A stretch of DNA of 64,000 nucleotides from assembly GCA_964430115.1 (NCBI GenBank), contig CAYSEM010000001.1, forward strand, positions 26,587 through 90,586, read 5' to 3'. This stretch comes from an uncultured Chloroflexota bacterium. Lineage in GTDB: Bacteria; Chloroflexota; Limnocylindria; Limnocylindrales; Limnocylindraceae. The notes beneath the pieces are model-generated. The model was not told the DNA's origin. It worked only from the letters and a program-made list of their open reading frames with translations, and searched no databases. This document shows positions 19,704 to 29,512 of this stretch, in pieces; position 1 is the first letter of the stretch, and every line of letters starts with the position of its first letter. The position numbers were made by a program, and so were the translations under genes.

Positions 19704-21122
19704 CTACCGCCTACCCCCCTTCCGACGGGCCTTCTTCGCCTTCCGATCCTCCTTCGGGCGGATATACCCGCCGGCATGCTTTCCTGGAAGCCCTCCACCC
19801 CCACCAGCGAGTCGGGCAGGGTCAATCCCCCCCGTTCTTCGGATCAAGAGCCGCATCTCTTCCAAGCGCTTGACCAGACGATTCACCTCTTCAATCGCAC
19901 GGCCGGCCCCTGCAGCGATGCGGCGACGTCGAGGGATGGAGAGTAGCGATGGGTTCTCGCGCTCGGTCGGCGTCATGGAGAGGATGATCGCCTCCGCCCG
20001 CTTCAACTCCCCCGCCGCCACCGCCTCTTCAGCCTGGGCAGCGACACCCCCCATACCTGGAATCATCTTGACGATCTGTCCGATCGGTCCCATTGAGGAC
20101 ATCTGTCGCAACTGCTCGAGCAGATCGGAGAAGGTCATCTCGCCCTTCGGTGCGCCACTTCCGCTCTTTGTTGCAACGGGTGCGCGTGGATCACCACCAG
20201 CTTCGCGCACGATCTCTGCAAGCGTTGCAAGATCTCCCATCTCGAGAATGCGGCCAGCGATGCGATCGGGATGGAAGCGCTCAAGGGCTTCAGGGCGCTC
20301 GCCTGTTCCAAGATAAAGGACGGGGATGCCAGCACCTCCCGCAATCGAGAGTGCTGCACCGCCACGAGCGTCGCCATCGAGCTTCGCCAAGATGAGGCCG
20401 GTCGGATCCGCCGCCTCCTTGAACCCCTCAGCAACGCGAAGCGCCTGTTGTCCAGTTGCGGCGTCCAACACGAGGATGCGCTCGCGCGGATTCACGGCTG
20501 CGCGCAAGTCAGCGAGCTCGCGCATCAACTCCTCGTCAAGTGTGGTCCGTCCCGACGAGTCAATGATGAGGAGGTCCCGTCCAAGTTTCTTCGCCGATTC
20601 CAGCGCACGGCGACCGATCTCTGCCACTGGGGTGCCGATCGGTTCGCGGTGGACAGGGACGCCGATCGCTGCACCCAGCAGCGCAAGCTGCTCAGCCGCT
20701 GCGGGCCTCCGCGGATCTGCCGCAACGAGAAGCGGGCGCCGCCCATCGCGAAGGAGTCGCAGGGCTAGTTTCGCGGCGGTTGTGGTCTTCCCTGCGCCTT
20801 GAAGGCCGAGGAGTAGGATGCTGGCCGTTCGCTCGCGCAGGTCAAGCTCTCGACCTGAGCCGCCAAGCGCCTCGGTGAGCGCCGCATGCACGATCGCAAC
20901 TAAACGATCTCCACTCCCTATGCTGCCGACCACCTTTTCGTCGTGTGCGCGGGCGCGCATTGACGCAATGAGCGAATCAGTAACTGAAAGCGCAACGTCC
21001 GCATCAATGAGCGCAGTACGGATCTCCGCCAGACCCGCCTCGAGATCAGCCTCACTGATGCGGCCCCTTCCGCCAAGCCGTCGCAGTGAAGCGCGGAGCC
21101 TGCTTCCAAGCGCATCGAACAT
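19704..21122 (-). CDS. ffh: signal recognition particle protein Ffh (SRP54)
   Basis: Homology begins at MFDALGSRLRASLRRLGG (ATG 21122-21120). The G domain has LLLGLQGAGKTTTAAKLA, DTAGR and KLDGDARGG; the M domain has a Gly-rich, basic tail. The six-frame ORF extends artefactually to 21500 across the divergent MFS gene. Confidence 0.94.
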   Translation of the reverse strand: MFDALGSRLRASLRRLGGRGRISEADLEAGLAEIRTALIDADVALSVTDSLIASMRARAHDEKVVGSIGSGDRLVAIVHAALTEALGGSGRELDLRERTASILLLGLQGAGKTTTAAKLALRLLRDGRRPLLVAADPRRPAAAEQLALLGAAIGVPVHREPIGTPVAEIGRRALESAKKLGRDLLIIDSSGRTTLDEELMRELADLRAAVNPRERILVLDAATGQQALRVAEGFKEAADPTGLILAKLDGDARGGAALSIAGGAGIPVLYLGTGERPEALERFHPDRIAGRILEMGDLATLAEIVREAGGDPRAPVATKSGSGAPKGEMTFSDLLEQLRQMSSMGPIGQIVKMIPGMGGVAAQAEEAVAAGELKRAEAIILSMTPTERENPSLLSIPRRRRIAAGAGRAIEEVNRLVKRLEEMRLLIRRTGGIDPARLAGGGGGLPGKHAGGYIRPKEDRKAKKARRKGGRR

Positions 21123-21129
21123 ATGAGGA

Positions 21130-22443
21130 GTGTACGCTGCGAGAATGAAGAAGAGGGGTGGGGTCGCCGTGCAGCGTGCAGGGGTTAGCACTGCCGTTCG
21201 CCGTGATGTCCGCATCCTGATGACGGCGCAATCCGCCTCCACGTTCGGGTCGTTCATCACGCGTGCAGCCCTCCCACTGCTCGCAATCATCGGACTCGGA
21301 ATCTCTGCCGAAGAGGCCGCGTTCATCGCAGCGGTGGACCTAATTGCAGCGACGCTGGCGAGCCAGATCGCCGGCGTTTGGATCGATCGCCTCCCCCGTC
21401 GACCAGTCATGATCGCCGCCGATCTCCTCCGCGCACTGCTCCTTGCAAGCATCCCGCTCGCTGCGTTCATGACCGGCGACGTGTCGCTCTTCCATCTCAT
21501 CCTGGTGAGTGCTGCCAGTGGGGCGTGCAGTACGGCCTTTGATATTGCCGAGCGAAGCTATCTTGCTGGACTTGTCCCTACCCCCGATTTGCGCTCAGTA
21601 CTCGCCAAGGTGCTCGGAATCCGAGGCGCTGCAGAGTTCTTCGGGTTCGGTGCCGCAGGCCTCCTTGTCGGCAGTATTGGAGGCCCAGCCGCCATCGGCG
21701 TGGATGCGCTCACATATGTTGCCTCCGCGCTCCTGCTGACCGCACTCCGCGTCCAAGAGCCGCGCCTGCCGAAGGCGACAACGCGCCAGAGCTTTCTGGT
21801 GGAGGCAGATGAGGGCCTTCGACGCACGTGGGCAATCCCGATCTTGCGACCCCTGATCGCTTCAAGTGCAGCGATTGGGATCTACTTCGGTCTCTTCCGC
21901 TCGGCGTACATGATCTATGTCGTTCGAACGCTCGGTCTCAGCCCCGAAGTGGTCGGCTTCATCATCGCTAGTGGCGGCATCGCGTCCTTCGCGGGCGGGC
22001 TGCTCACGGAACGAATCTCACTCGCCCTCGGCACGGGTCGTGCGATCAGCGTGAGTTTGGTGATCGTAGGGATCGGCCTTGCGCTCGTCCCTCTCGCACC
22101 AGGTGCTTCGCTTACCGGCATCATCCTTCTTGTTGCGCACCAGTTCCTGAGCGATGGCTTTGAAACTGTCTGGGAGGCCAACCAAGGTGCAATTCGTAGC
22201 CGTGTCCTCCCTGACGCCCTGCAGGGACGCGCCAACGCCGCGTTTGAAGGGGTGAGCCTTCTCGGGAGACTGACGGGCATCATTGCCGGCGGGGTGATCG
22301 GCGGCTCTGTCGCCGGAAGCGGTGCGGCGCTCTACCTCGGCGCAGCTGCCTCCATCGGGGCCGGTGTTGTGATTGGACTGACCAAACTGGGACGCGTCCA
22401 GAAAATCAGCGAGATCCCTCGCGCGCTAGACCGCGTCGCCTAA
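21130..22443 (+). CDS. MFS transporter
   Basis: 437 aa with about 12 predicted hydrophobic helices and no recognisable enzyme motifs. The real start may instead be the internal Met at about 21220 (MTAQSASTFGS...), which would leave a ~100-nt divergent spacer to ffh. Its 3' end overlaps the ftsY 3' end by 18 nt. Confidence 0.75.
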   Translation: MYAARMKKRGGVAVQRAGVSTAVRRDVRILMTAQSASTFGSFITRAALPLLAIIGLGISAEEAAFIAAVDLIAATLASQIAGVWIDRLPRRPVMIAADLLRALLLASIPLAAFMTGDVSLFHLILVSAASGACSTAFDIAERSYLAGLVPTPDLRSVLAKVLGIRGAAEFFGFGAAGLLVGSIGGPAAIGVDALTYVASALLLTALRVQEPRLPKATTRQSFLVEADEGLRRTWAIPILRPLIASSAAIGIYFGLFRSAYMIYVVRTLGLSPEVVGFIIASGGIASFAGGLLTERISLALGTGRAISVSLVIVGIGLALVPLAPGASLTGIILLVAHQFLSDGFETVWEANQGAIRSRVLPDALQGRANAAFEGVSLLGRLTGIIAGGVIGGSVAGSGAALYLGAAASIGAGVVIGLTKLGRVQKISEIPRALDRVA

Positions 22444-23343
22444 GAGCCCGTCCACAAAGGCGTCTGCGTCGAACGGGAGGAGATCGCTCCCTCGCTCCCC
22501 CACACCCACCCAGCGAACTGGAAGGCCAAGTTCGCGACGTACAGCTAGCGCAACGCCACCACGCGCACCGGCGTCCAGTTTCGTGAGGATCACACCATCT
22601 ACTCCTGCTGCGCGATTGAACCCGCTCGCCTGCGCGAGCCCGTTCTGTCCAGCCGTTGCGTCAATGACAAGGAGCACTTCAACGTCAGCTTCTGGTGCGA
22701 GCTTCTGAATCACTCGGCGCATCTTGGTGAGCTCATCCATGAGGCCAGTCTTGGTTTGCATACGGCCTGCGGTATCAATGATCACTGGGTGCAAACCTTT
22801 CGCGCTCGCCTGAGTCAACGCGTCGTGAATCGCGGCCGCAGGATCACCGCCCGGCTTCCCTTCAGCAATCGGCACCCCTTCTCGAGTAGCGAGGAGACGC
22901 AACTGATCAATTGCCGCTGCACGGAACGTATCCGCGGCGACAAGAATGGGCTGCAGCGACGCAGCCTTTGCACGTGCCGCGAGCTTTGCCGCTGACGTTG
23001 TCTTCCCAGCTCCATTCACGCCGACCAGGAGGATGACCAGCTGGCTGCTCGCTGTACTTGGTGCGTCACCCGGCAACTCCTCGCGCATCAATTTGATAAG
23101 CGCCGTGCGCAGCCGCTCACGACCCGTGCCACCCTGAACCTCACGCGCGGCGCTGATCAGCCCTGCTGCGACGCCCGTTCCAGCATCGCTTTGGATGAGG
23201 GCACGCTCTAGTTCACTCCAATCGGGTTCGGGCGCGAGTGATCTGCGCAGGGCCTGCAGGATTCCACCACCTGAAGGCGCGGCAGCGGCACTGATGCTCG
23301 CCTTCTCTTCGCTGGTGCTCTTTCGCCAGAAGGCGAGTTTCAA
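22426..23343 (-). CDS. ftsY: signal recognition particle receptor FtsY
   Basis: 305 aa with the NG domain motifs LLVGVNGAGKTTSAAKLA, DTAGR and TKLDAGARGG. The A domain is short. Confidence 0.93.
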   Translation of the reverse strand: MKLAFWRKSTSEEKASISAAAAPSGGGILQALRRSLAPEPDWSELERALIQSDAGTGVAAGLISAAREVQGGTGRERLRTALIKLMREELPGDAPSTASSQLVILLVGVNGAGKTTSAAKLAARAKAASLQPILVAADTFRAAAIDQLRLLATREGVPIAEGKPGGDPAAAIHDALTQASAKGLHPVIIDTAGRMQTKTGLMDELTKMRRVIQKLAPEADVEVLLVIDATAGQNGLAQASGFNRAAGVDGVILTKLDAGARGGVALAVRRELGLPVRWVGVGERGSDLLPFDADAFVDGLLGDAV

Positions 23344-26300
23344 CGTGCCGCCTCGCGCTCCGCTCGTGCGGCGTCAGCGATCCGCTTTGCCTCGTCAAGA
23401 CGCAGGCCAAAGACGCGACTCGTCGCATCCTCTCCAGCGGTCACACCCCAGAGGCTGTCGGCAACCTCGACCGTGCCGCGGTTGTGCGTAATCACCACTA
23501 CCTGTGTGCGCTCACTAAGCTCACGGATCGCGTCACCAAATCGAGTGACGTTCGCCTCATCGAGAGCGGCGTCAACTTCGTCCAAGACCACAAATGGCAG
23601 CGGACGCACGGCAAGCATTCCGAGCAGCAACGCCACGCCCGTAAGTGCGCGCTCACCGCCTGAGAGGAGCGAGAGCTGTTGTCGTCGCTTAAGCGGCGGT
23701 CGGGCATCAATCTCAACGCCAGGTCGGCGCACCCCATCCTCTGATGTCAGTCGGAGCTGAGCATCGCCACCACCAAAGAGGAGCTGGAAGTTTGCTGCGA
23801 ACGTTGCTTGAAGTGCGGTGAACTGTTCCGTGAAGGTGCTTTCAACGAGCGCGTCGAGTTCAGCCATGAGCGCGGAGGCCTTGGCAATGGCACCGTCAAG
23901 ATCGCTTGTCTGCGCTTCAAGACTCTCAAGTCGTTCACGAAGCTCGCGATGCTCAATCGCAACGCTCGCCCCGGCAGCATCGAGCGGTCCGATCTTTCGG
24001 CGCAACCGCTCAAGCGCACGCACCTGCTCAGGGTCAGCGGGCTCAGCAGGGGTTTCGGATCGCAGCCCCTCGGAACCCCAATGATCGAGAAGCGCCGCCG
24101 CCTGCGCGCGCGCAACCGCATCTTGTGCGGAACGCTCTTCACTCGAGACTTCTTCGAGCTCGCCTTCAGGTGCACCCTCAGCTCTGGCCGCACGCAACTC
24201 ATCTGGGAGGCCCTTGGCGATTCGCGGATCTGTTGCGAGCCTCCGCCCGAATGCCACAAGGTCGCCCGCCAACTCTTCAATCAGGCGCTCGTACTCAAAC
24301 TCAAGGCCTTGTGCGTCGCGTTCGAGCGGTCGAAGCGCCTCATCAAGATCCGATTCGCGCTGGCGAAGCGAGCGCTTCCGCTCGTCGTCAGCCGCGCTCT
24401 CGCGCTCAATCGCCTCCTGCTGCTCAACAAGTCGCTGGACCAACGCCTCGCGTTCAGCGACCGCCAACTGGGCAGCATCTGAGCGTCCAACAAGTTCAAC
24501 GCGGTCTGCCTGGAGCGCTGCGCTTCGCGTCTCCATCGCGCCACGCTCTTCGGCAGCTCGTGCGATACGCGCTGATGCGGCAGCAATACTGGCATCGCCG
24601 CGAGCACGTGTGAGCTCCCATGAACGGAGCGACTGCCGATCAGCTTCAACCGCTTTGGCGATCGTCGATCGCCGTGCGGTCAGCTCTCGGATCCTCTCCT
24701 GCCACTCTTGCACAGCACTCCCAGAGCCCGACCCTGTGTGTGCACTTGCCTGAAGCTCATCTCGTCTCGCCGAGAGATCACGTAGCGTCTCCTCAAGCTT
24801 CTGCAGTCGTGCGTCTCGGTCTGCGGCCGTGCGGGCTGCCGCGATCAGCTCGCGCTCACTCTCTGCTCGAAGATCCGTGGCGCTCCGCAATGTACTTCGT
24901 GCGGAGAGATCTGCAGAGCGGCGACTGACGGCGAGCGCCGTGGCGGCGGCCAACGCGGTCTGCTCCGCGGAAGCTTCGCTGCGCAGGGTGGCGGCGGCAG
25001 CGGTTCGTCGCTCAATCTCACGTCCGAGTTGCGAGATCTCGGCGTCGAGGAGCGCATCCTCTGGCTCAGTCTCACGGGTTACCACGCCTCCGGCACGAAT
25101 CACCGCACCGCCACGGGTCACGATCAGACCGCCGACAGGCAGGTCAGCGAGCGCATCGAGGGCTGCGGCCACCGATGGGGCCACCGCCACGCCGCTCAAA
25201 ATCCGCGCTAACACCCCATCAGGGTCGCTGACAACCTCAGCGCTCAGCGCTGGAAGCGTTGGATGTTCGGCGGCAAGTTTTCCCGCCGATCCTTCAATAA
25301 GGAGCGCACCCTGTTCATCATCAAGAAGCGACGCCCCGCTCCGGTTGACAATAAAGCCACGCGCGAGCGCACCCAGCGCGGCGAGCACGGCGCTGCGCCC
25401 CTCTTCACGGATTTCAACGCCAGCTAGGAGGCTTCGGCCGCCAATCGCACGGGCGGAGCGCGCAAGAGCACGTTCCTGCAGCGCGGTACGTCGTGCTTCA
25501 AGCGCGCGGAGTCGACCTTCAATGGATGCGCACTCGGCCTCAGCGGCACGGGCGGCGCGATCGCGATCGCCGACAACCGCTCGCAACGTTGCCTCTGCAG
25601 CCTCTGAAGCGCTCGCCTCCTCGGCGGCACGTGTAGCCGCGTCGCTCGCCTGACGATGTGCTGCAAGTGCGGCATCCCGCCGGGCAGTAGCAGCGACAAG
25701 CTCCTCAGCAGCGCGATCGGCTCGGAGAGCCTCAACCTCAGCTTCTATGCGCGAAATTCGAGCCTCCGCCTCGGCCACCTCTGACGATCGCGCCCGCTCT
25801 GCACGAGCGATTGACTCACCGCCACCAGCGGCGCCGTGGTCGCTCTGCAGTGCGCGAAGTTCGCGACGTGCGCTCGCAAGATCTGCGTCAAGCAACTCGA
25901 GTGCAGCGGCCGCTTCGGCATCAGCCGCCGGAGCTGCCGTCGCTCGGATCTGCTCAACGGCAAGGACCTCGCGCTCCGCCTCCGCTACCTCAGCATTCAG
26001 GCGTTCCGTGTCACGGGCGATCGCTGCCGCCTCAGCATCTGATCGCGCTCGATTGCGCTCTGCAGTTTCGCGGGCAGTACGAGCGGACTCAAGTTCTCCT
26101 CGCGCCGCCTCAAGCGCGGCACGCGCCTCAGCGAGGCGGAGACGACGCGCGTTCGCCTCGCTGTCGGCATTGCGGAGTGATTCGCGCACGGCGCCGAGCT
26201 CAGCGCGAACCTCATTGAGTCGGCTGCCGCTGGCTCCACGTCGTGATGCGAACCAGCTGGCGCGTGTGGCACCGAGGGTTGCAATGCGATCAACAGCTTC

Positions 26301-26966
26301 GGCCAGAAGTTCATCTCGACCCGCCTCTTGACGCGCCAGTACTGCAAGGCGGCGCTCTTGTGGTCGCAGCGCGGCAAGGATCTCTTCAACGCGCGCGCGA
26401 TTCTCGGTTGCCTCTTTCATCTCTCCTTCAGCACGAGAGCGGCGGCGCTCATGGCGTGCCGTCCCAGCGAACTCTTCAACGAGCGCCCGACGCTCTTCGG
26501 CGCGGAGGCTGAGTGCCTGGTCAACGGCGCCTTGCCCAATGAAGAGGAGACCGTTCTCTGCAAGGCCCGCGCCATCAAGGAGTTCGTTGAGATCGCGGAG
26601 CCGGATGCGCTCTCGGTTCAGCAGGTACTCCTGCCCTCCGCCACGATCGGCGCGGCGTGCAATCTCAATCTCCGTAAAGGGAAGGTCAAAGAGCCCATCG
26701 TCGTTGGAGATGCTGAGCGATACCTCGGCGAGTCCGAGCTGGCGACGCTTCTCCGATCCGGCAAAGATCACCTCATCGACGCGCTTGGAACGAATCCCGC
26801 GCCCCGCTTCACCGAGTGCCCAGCGCAGTGCATCCACGATGTTTGACTTCCCACTGCCGTTTGGCCCCACGATGGCGGTGATCCCCGGAGTAAATGCGAT
26901 CGTGGTCTTATCAGCGAACGTTTTGAAGCCACTGAGCCGAACCTCGCGCAGGCGCAGTCGGCTCAT
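23340..26966 (-). CDS. smc: chromosome segregation protein SMC
   Basis: 1208 aa with N-terminal Walker A (IVGPNGSGKSNIVDAL), long coiled-coils, a hinge, and the C-terminal LSGGE signature and Walker B (VLDEVDAALD). Confidence 0.95.
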   Translation of the reverse strand: MSRLRLREVRLSGFKTFADKTTIAFTPGITAIVGPNGSGKSNIVDALRWALGEAGRGIRSKRVDEVIFAGSEKRRQLGLAEVSLSISNDDGLFDLPFTEIEIARRADRGGGQEYLLNRERIRLRDLNELLDGAGLAENGLLFIGQGAVDQALSLRAEERRALVEEFAGTARHERRRSRAEGEMKEATENRARVEEILAALRPQERRLAVLARQEAGRDELLAEAVDRIATLGATRASWFASRRGASGSRLNEVRAELGAVRESLRNADSEANARRLRLAEARAALEAARGELESARTARETAERNRARSDAEAAAIARDTERLNAEVAEAEREVLAVEQIRATAAPAADAEAAAALELLDADLASARRELRALQSDHGAAGGGESIARAERARSSEVAEAEARISRIEAEVEALRADRAAEELVAATARRDAALAAHRQASDAATRAAEEASASEAAEATLRAVVGDRDRAARAAEAECASIEGRLRALEARRTALQERALARSARAIGGRSLLAGVEIREEGRSAVLAALGALARGFIVNRSGASLLDDEQGALLIEGSAGKLAAEHPTLPALSAEVVSDPDGVLARILSGVAVAPSVAAALDALADLPVGGLIVTRGGAVIRAGGVVTRETEPEDALLDAEISQLGREIERRTAAAATLRSEASAEQTALAAATALAVSRRSADLSARSTLRSATDLRAESERELIAAARTAADRDARLQKLEETLRDLSARRDELQASAHTGSGSGSAVQEWQERIRELTARRSTIAKAVEADRQSLRSWELTRARGDASIAAASARIARAAEERGAMETRSAALQADRVELVGRSDAAQLAVAEREALVQRLVEQQEAIERESAADDERKRSLRQRESDLDEALRPLERDAQGLEFEYERLIEELAGDLVAFGRRLATDPRIAKGLPDELRAARAEGAPEGELEEVSSEERSAQDAVARAQAAALLDHWGSEGLRSETPAEPADPEQVRALERLRRKIGPLDAAGASVAIEHRELRERLESLEAQTSDLDGAIAKASALMAELDALVESTFTEQFTALQATFAANFQLLFGGGDAQLRLTSEDGVRRPGVEIDARPPLKRRQQLSLLSGGERALTGVALLLGMLAVRPLPFVVLDEVDAALDEANVTRFGDAIRELSERTQVVVITHNRGTVEVADSLWGVTAGEDATSRVFGLRLDEAKRIADAARAEREAAR

Positions 26967-27685
26967 CGGACGGCCTCCTTCGTGACACCGAGAAGATCAA
27001 TCGCCGCTTCGGCAGCAGCGGCCTCTGCCGCCCTGCGGCTCGGTCCGCTCCCCCGTGCAATCTCGTTCCCGTCGATTCGCACCGCGCACTCATAGACGCG
27101 CTCATGTTCTGGACCGCTGGTCCCAATGATGTCGTAACGCGGGAGCGATCCATTTTTCGCCTGTGTCCACTCTTGAAGCATGGTCTTGATCCCTTTGCCG
27201 ATGGAGGCACGAGGAGTTGCAATCTCTTGCGCGAGGTGTGTCAGCACAAATCGCTCAGCCTCCTGGTACCCGTGCGAAAGGTAGACAGCCCCAATGATCG
27301 CTTCAAAAGCTGCGGCGAGCGCGGCTGGACGTTGGGCGCCACCGCGCTGTGCTTCGCCTTCGCCAAGGAGGAGTGCTTCATCGAGGCGCATCCGTTGGGC
27401 CACATCTGCTAGTCCAATCCGACTCACAATGGATGCACGACGCTCAGAGAGATCACCTTCGCTCGCGCTCGGATCTGCGTGATACAGCGCGGCACTCACT
27501 ACGGCCCCTAGGAGGGCATCTCCGAGAAACTCCAGTCGCTCGTTGTCTTCATGCGCACCAGACTGATGACGCCGTGATGGGTGTGTAAGGGCGAGCCCAA
27601 TGAGCTCCTCAGCGCCCGCAGGGATACCGAGGCGCACCGCGAGTTGCGATGCGTGGGCGAGCGTGGTGTCTGCGGCCTGGCTCAC
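26963..27685 (-). CDS. rnc: ribonuclease III
   Basis: 240 aa with the ERLEFLGDALLGAVVSAALY signature and a C-terminal dsRBD. Confidence 0.94.
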   Translation of the reverse strand: MSQAADTTLAHASQLAVRLGIPAGAEELIGLALTHPSRRHQSGAHEDNERLEFLGDALLGAVVSAALYHADPSASEGDLSERRASIVSRIGLADVAQRMRLDEALLLGEGEAQRGGAQRPAALAAAFEAIIGAVYLSHGYQEAERFVLTHLAQEIATPRASIGKGIKTMLQEWTQAKNGSLPRYDIIGTSGPEHERVYECAVRIDGNEIARGSGPSRRAAEAAAAEAAIDLLGVTKEAVR

Positions 27686-27727
27686 GATCGAAGGGGTGGC
27701 GCCAGGCGGCCATCGGGCCGCCGCACC

Positions 27728-27973
27728 TTACGCCTTCTTCTCGACGATCGCGTTGACCGCGTCTTCTACCGTCTTAATCTTGGTCAGCTCTTCGTCAGCA
27801 ATCGTTACGCCAAACTTCTCCTCAAGACCCATGGCGAACTCCACGAGATCAAGCGAGTCGGCGTTGAGGTCTTCAATGAAGGCGGCGGTCATGGTGACCT
27901 TCTCCTTCTCCACCCCGAGCTGCTCGACGATGTAGCCCTGAAGCTCCTGGAAGATCTGGTCCTTATCACTCAT
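27728..27973 (-). CDS. acpP: acyl carrier protein
   Basis: Homology begins at MSDKDQIFQELQGYIVEQLGVEKEKVTMTAAFIEDLNADSLDLVEFAM (DSLD phosphopantetheine site). The six-frame ORF start at 28039 adds 22 non-conserved residues. Confidence 0.93.
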   Translation of the reverse strand: MSDKDQIFQELQGYIVEQLGVEKEKVTMTAAFIEDLNADSLDLVEFAMGLEEKFGVTIADEELTKIKTVEDAVNAIVEKKA

Positions 27974-28451
27974 CGGTCGCCCCTCCATCTCTCTCCGCTG
28001 ACGCGGTGATTCCCTCCCGCTGAGCTGTGCCAAGGACACCGCTCACCAGTTTTCGTGCCGGCTCGCCGCTGTACGTGCGTGCCAGAGCCGTCCAGGCTGC
28101 GAGTGCCTCCGCAGGCGCCGCCGCGCGCGAGTGTACCACCTCGGCGAGGCCCGCTCGGAGGATCGTGCGGTCAATATGGGTCATCGTTGCGAGGGGGAAT
28201 GCAGGCGCGAGGCGGACCAGCGCAGCATCAATCCCGGGGCGTTTCGCTTCCACCAGCTCGATCAGCGCACGTGCAATGAGAAGCGGTTCGCCTTCGACCT
28301 CACCTGCATCGGCTCGCCGGTTCAGGATTTCAGCGGCACTCCGCAGGCCAAACTCTGCCTCATAGAGTGCCGTGAGCGCATCCCTCCGTCCGGCGGTTCG
28401 GATTCGGAGTGCTGCATCGCGAGGCGCGGCTGGCACTCTTTTGCTTGGCAT
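27966..28451 (-). CDS. NusB-like transcription antitermination factor family protein
   Basis: About 160 aa from MPSKRV... RRDALTALYEAEFG and ...HIDRTILRAGLAEVVHS...PAEALAAWTALARTYSGEPARKLVSGVLG align to the NusB blocks (E. coli ARECAVQALYSWQLS / AVLRIALYEL...[26 protein letters not shown]). The six-frame ORF's 5' extension into plsX is probably not translated. Confidence 0.55.
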   Translation of the reverse strand: MPSKRVPAAPRDAALRIRTAGRRDALTALYEAEFGLRSAAEILNRRADAGEVEGEPLLIARALIELVEAKRPGIDAALVRLAPAFPLATMTHIDRTILRAGLAEVVHSRAAAPAEALAAWTALARTYSGEPARKLVSGVLGTAQREGITASAERDGGATDE

Positions 28452-28452
28452 C

Positions 28453-29505
28453 TCAAGCGGGGGCTGGGCCGCTGGGAAGACCGTCTGCCGCGACCGACGG
28501 GGCAGCGGCAAGGGCGCTGGCGATGCGACCACTCACCCCTTCGCGAACTGCGCGAGCGGCGGTGCTACATGCGAAGGTGACCATCCGCTTCTTCGCGCGG
28601 CCGTGGGTGATCACCACGCTCCCCTTCACGCCGAGCAAGATCGCGCCGCCTATGCGCTCGTAATCAAGTTTTGCGCGGATGCGAGCGATGGCAGGACGCA
28701 TCAAGATCGCGGCGATTGGACCGAGGGGGAGGCGTCGAAACTCTTGGCGGAACATGTCGGTGATCGTCGTGGTGACGCCTTCAACAAGTTTGATCGCGAC
28801 GTTGCCGAGCACCGCGTCGCAGACCACGACATCCGCCTCGTCCGCTGCAAGGTGGCGCCCTTCAACGTTGCCAGTGAAGTTTAAACTGGCCAAGTCAAGC
28901 AGCTCGGTAGCCTTCTGAATGCGCTGGTCCCCCTTCCCCTTCTCCTCTCCGATGGAGAGGAGGGCGACGCGTGGGTTCGACACTCCAAGAACGTGCTCAG
29001 AGAAGATGCTTCCCATATGCGCGTACTGGTAGAGATTCTCCGGTGTGGCATCTGGATTCGCCCCAACGTCCAGCAGGACGAGTGGCTTCTCCCTTAGCAG
29101 AAACTGGACAGCGAGTGCGGGACGATCAACACCAGGAAGTCGCCCAAGCCGCAAGACCGCGGCAGCCATCCCCGCCCCTGTATGACCAGCAGTGACCACC
29201 GCGTCAGCTTCGCCGTCGCGTACAAGGTTTGTTGCCACAAGGATGGACGCGCTCTTCCGCTCTCGGAGTGCCTGCGCAGGATGCTCGTCCATGCCAATCA
29301 CATCTGGTCCGTGAACGATCTTGGCATTGGCGGGGAGTTTGCCACCCGCGATCTGGAGGATGACTGACTCATCGCCCACGAGGATCAACTCATCGGTTGG
29401 GTTCTCGAGTGCCCAGGCGATTCCGCCAGGTACAACTTCGGTGGCACCGTGATCGCCGCCCATTGCATCAAGTGCAAGGCGGACGCGGCCTAACGGCGCG
29501 GCCAT
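28453..29505 (-). CDS. plsX: phosphate acyltransferase PlsX
   Basis: 350 aa, MAAPLGRVRLALDAMGGDHG...; a typical PlsX sequence throughout. Confidence 0.93.
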   Translation of the reverse strand: MAAPLGRVRLALDAMGGDHGATEVVPGGIAWALENPTDELILVGDESVILQIAGGKLPANAKIVHGPDVIGMDEHPAQALRERKSASILVATNLVRDGEADAVVTAGHTGAGMAAAVLRLGRLPGVDRPALAVQFLLREKPLVLLDVGANPDATPENLYQYAHMGSIFSEHVLGVSNPRVALLSIGEEKGKGDQRIQKATELLDLASLNFTGNVEGRHLAADEADVVVCDAVLGNVAIKLVEGVTTTITDMFRQEFRRLPLGPIAAILMRPAIARIRAKLDYERIGGAILLGVKGSVVITHGRAKKRMVTFACSTAARAVREGVSGRIASALAAAPSVAADGLPSGPAPA

Positions 29506-29512
29506 GGGTGAA

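Noticed and set aside
21123-21500. 126-aa N-terminal extension of the ffh ORF in the six-frame track
   Set aside because: Ffh homology begins at MFDALGSRL (21122). The extension is non-conserved and overlaps the divergent MFS gene, so it is an ORF-caller artefact.
23906-26331. Several long + strand ORFs (235 aa, 274 aa, 194 aa and others) lying antisense inside smc
   Set aside because: Their translations are Arg/Ala/Ser/Pro low-complexity with no domain-like patterns. The - strand frame encodes a full-length canonical SMC. These are typical open antisense frames in roughly 68% GC DNA.
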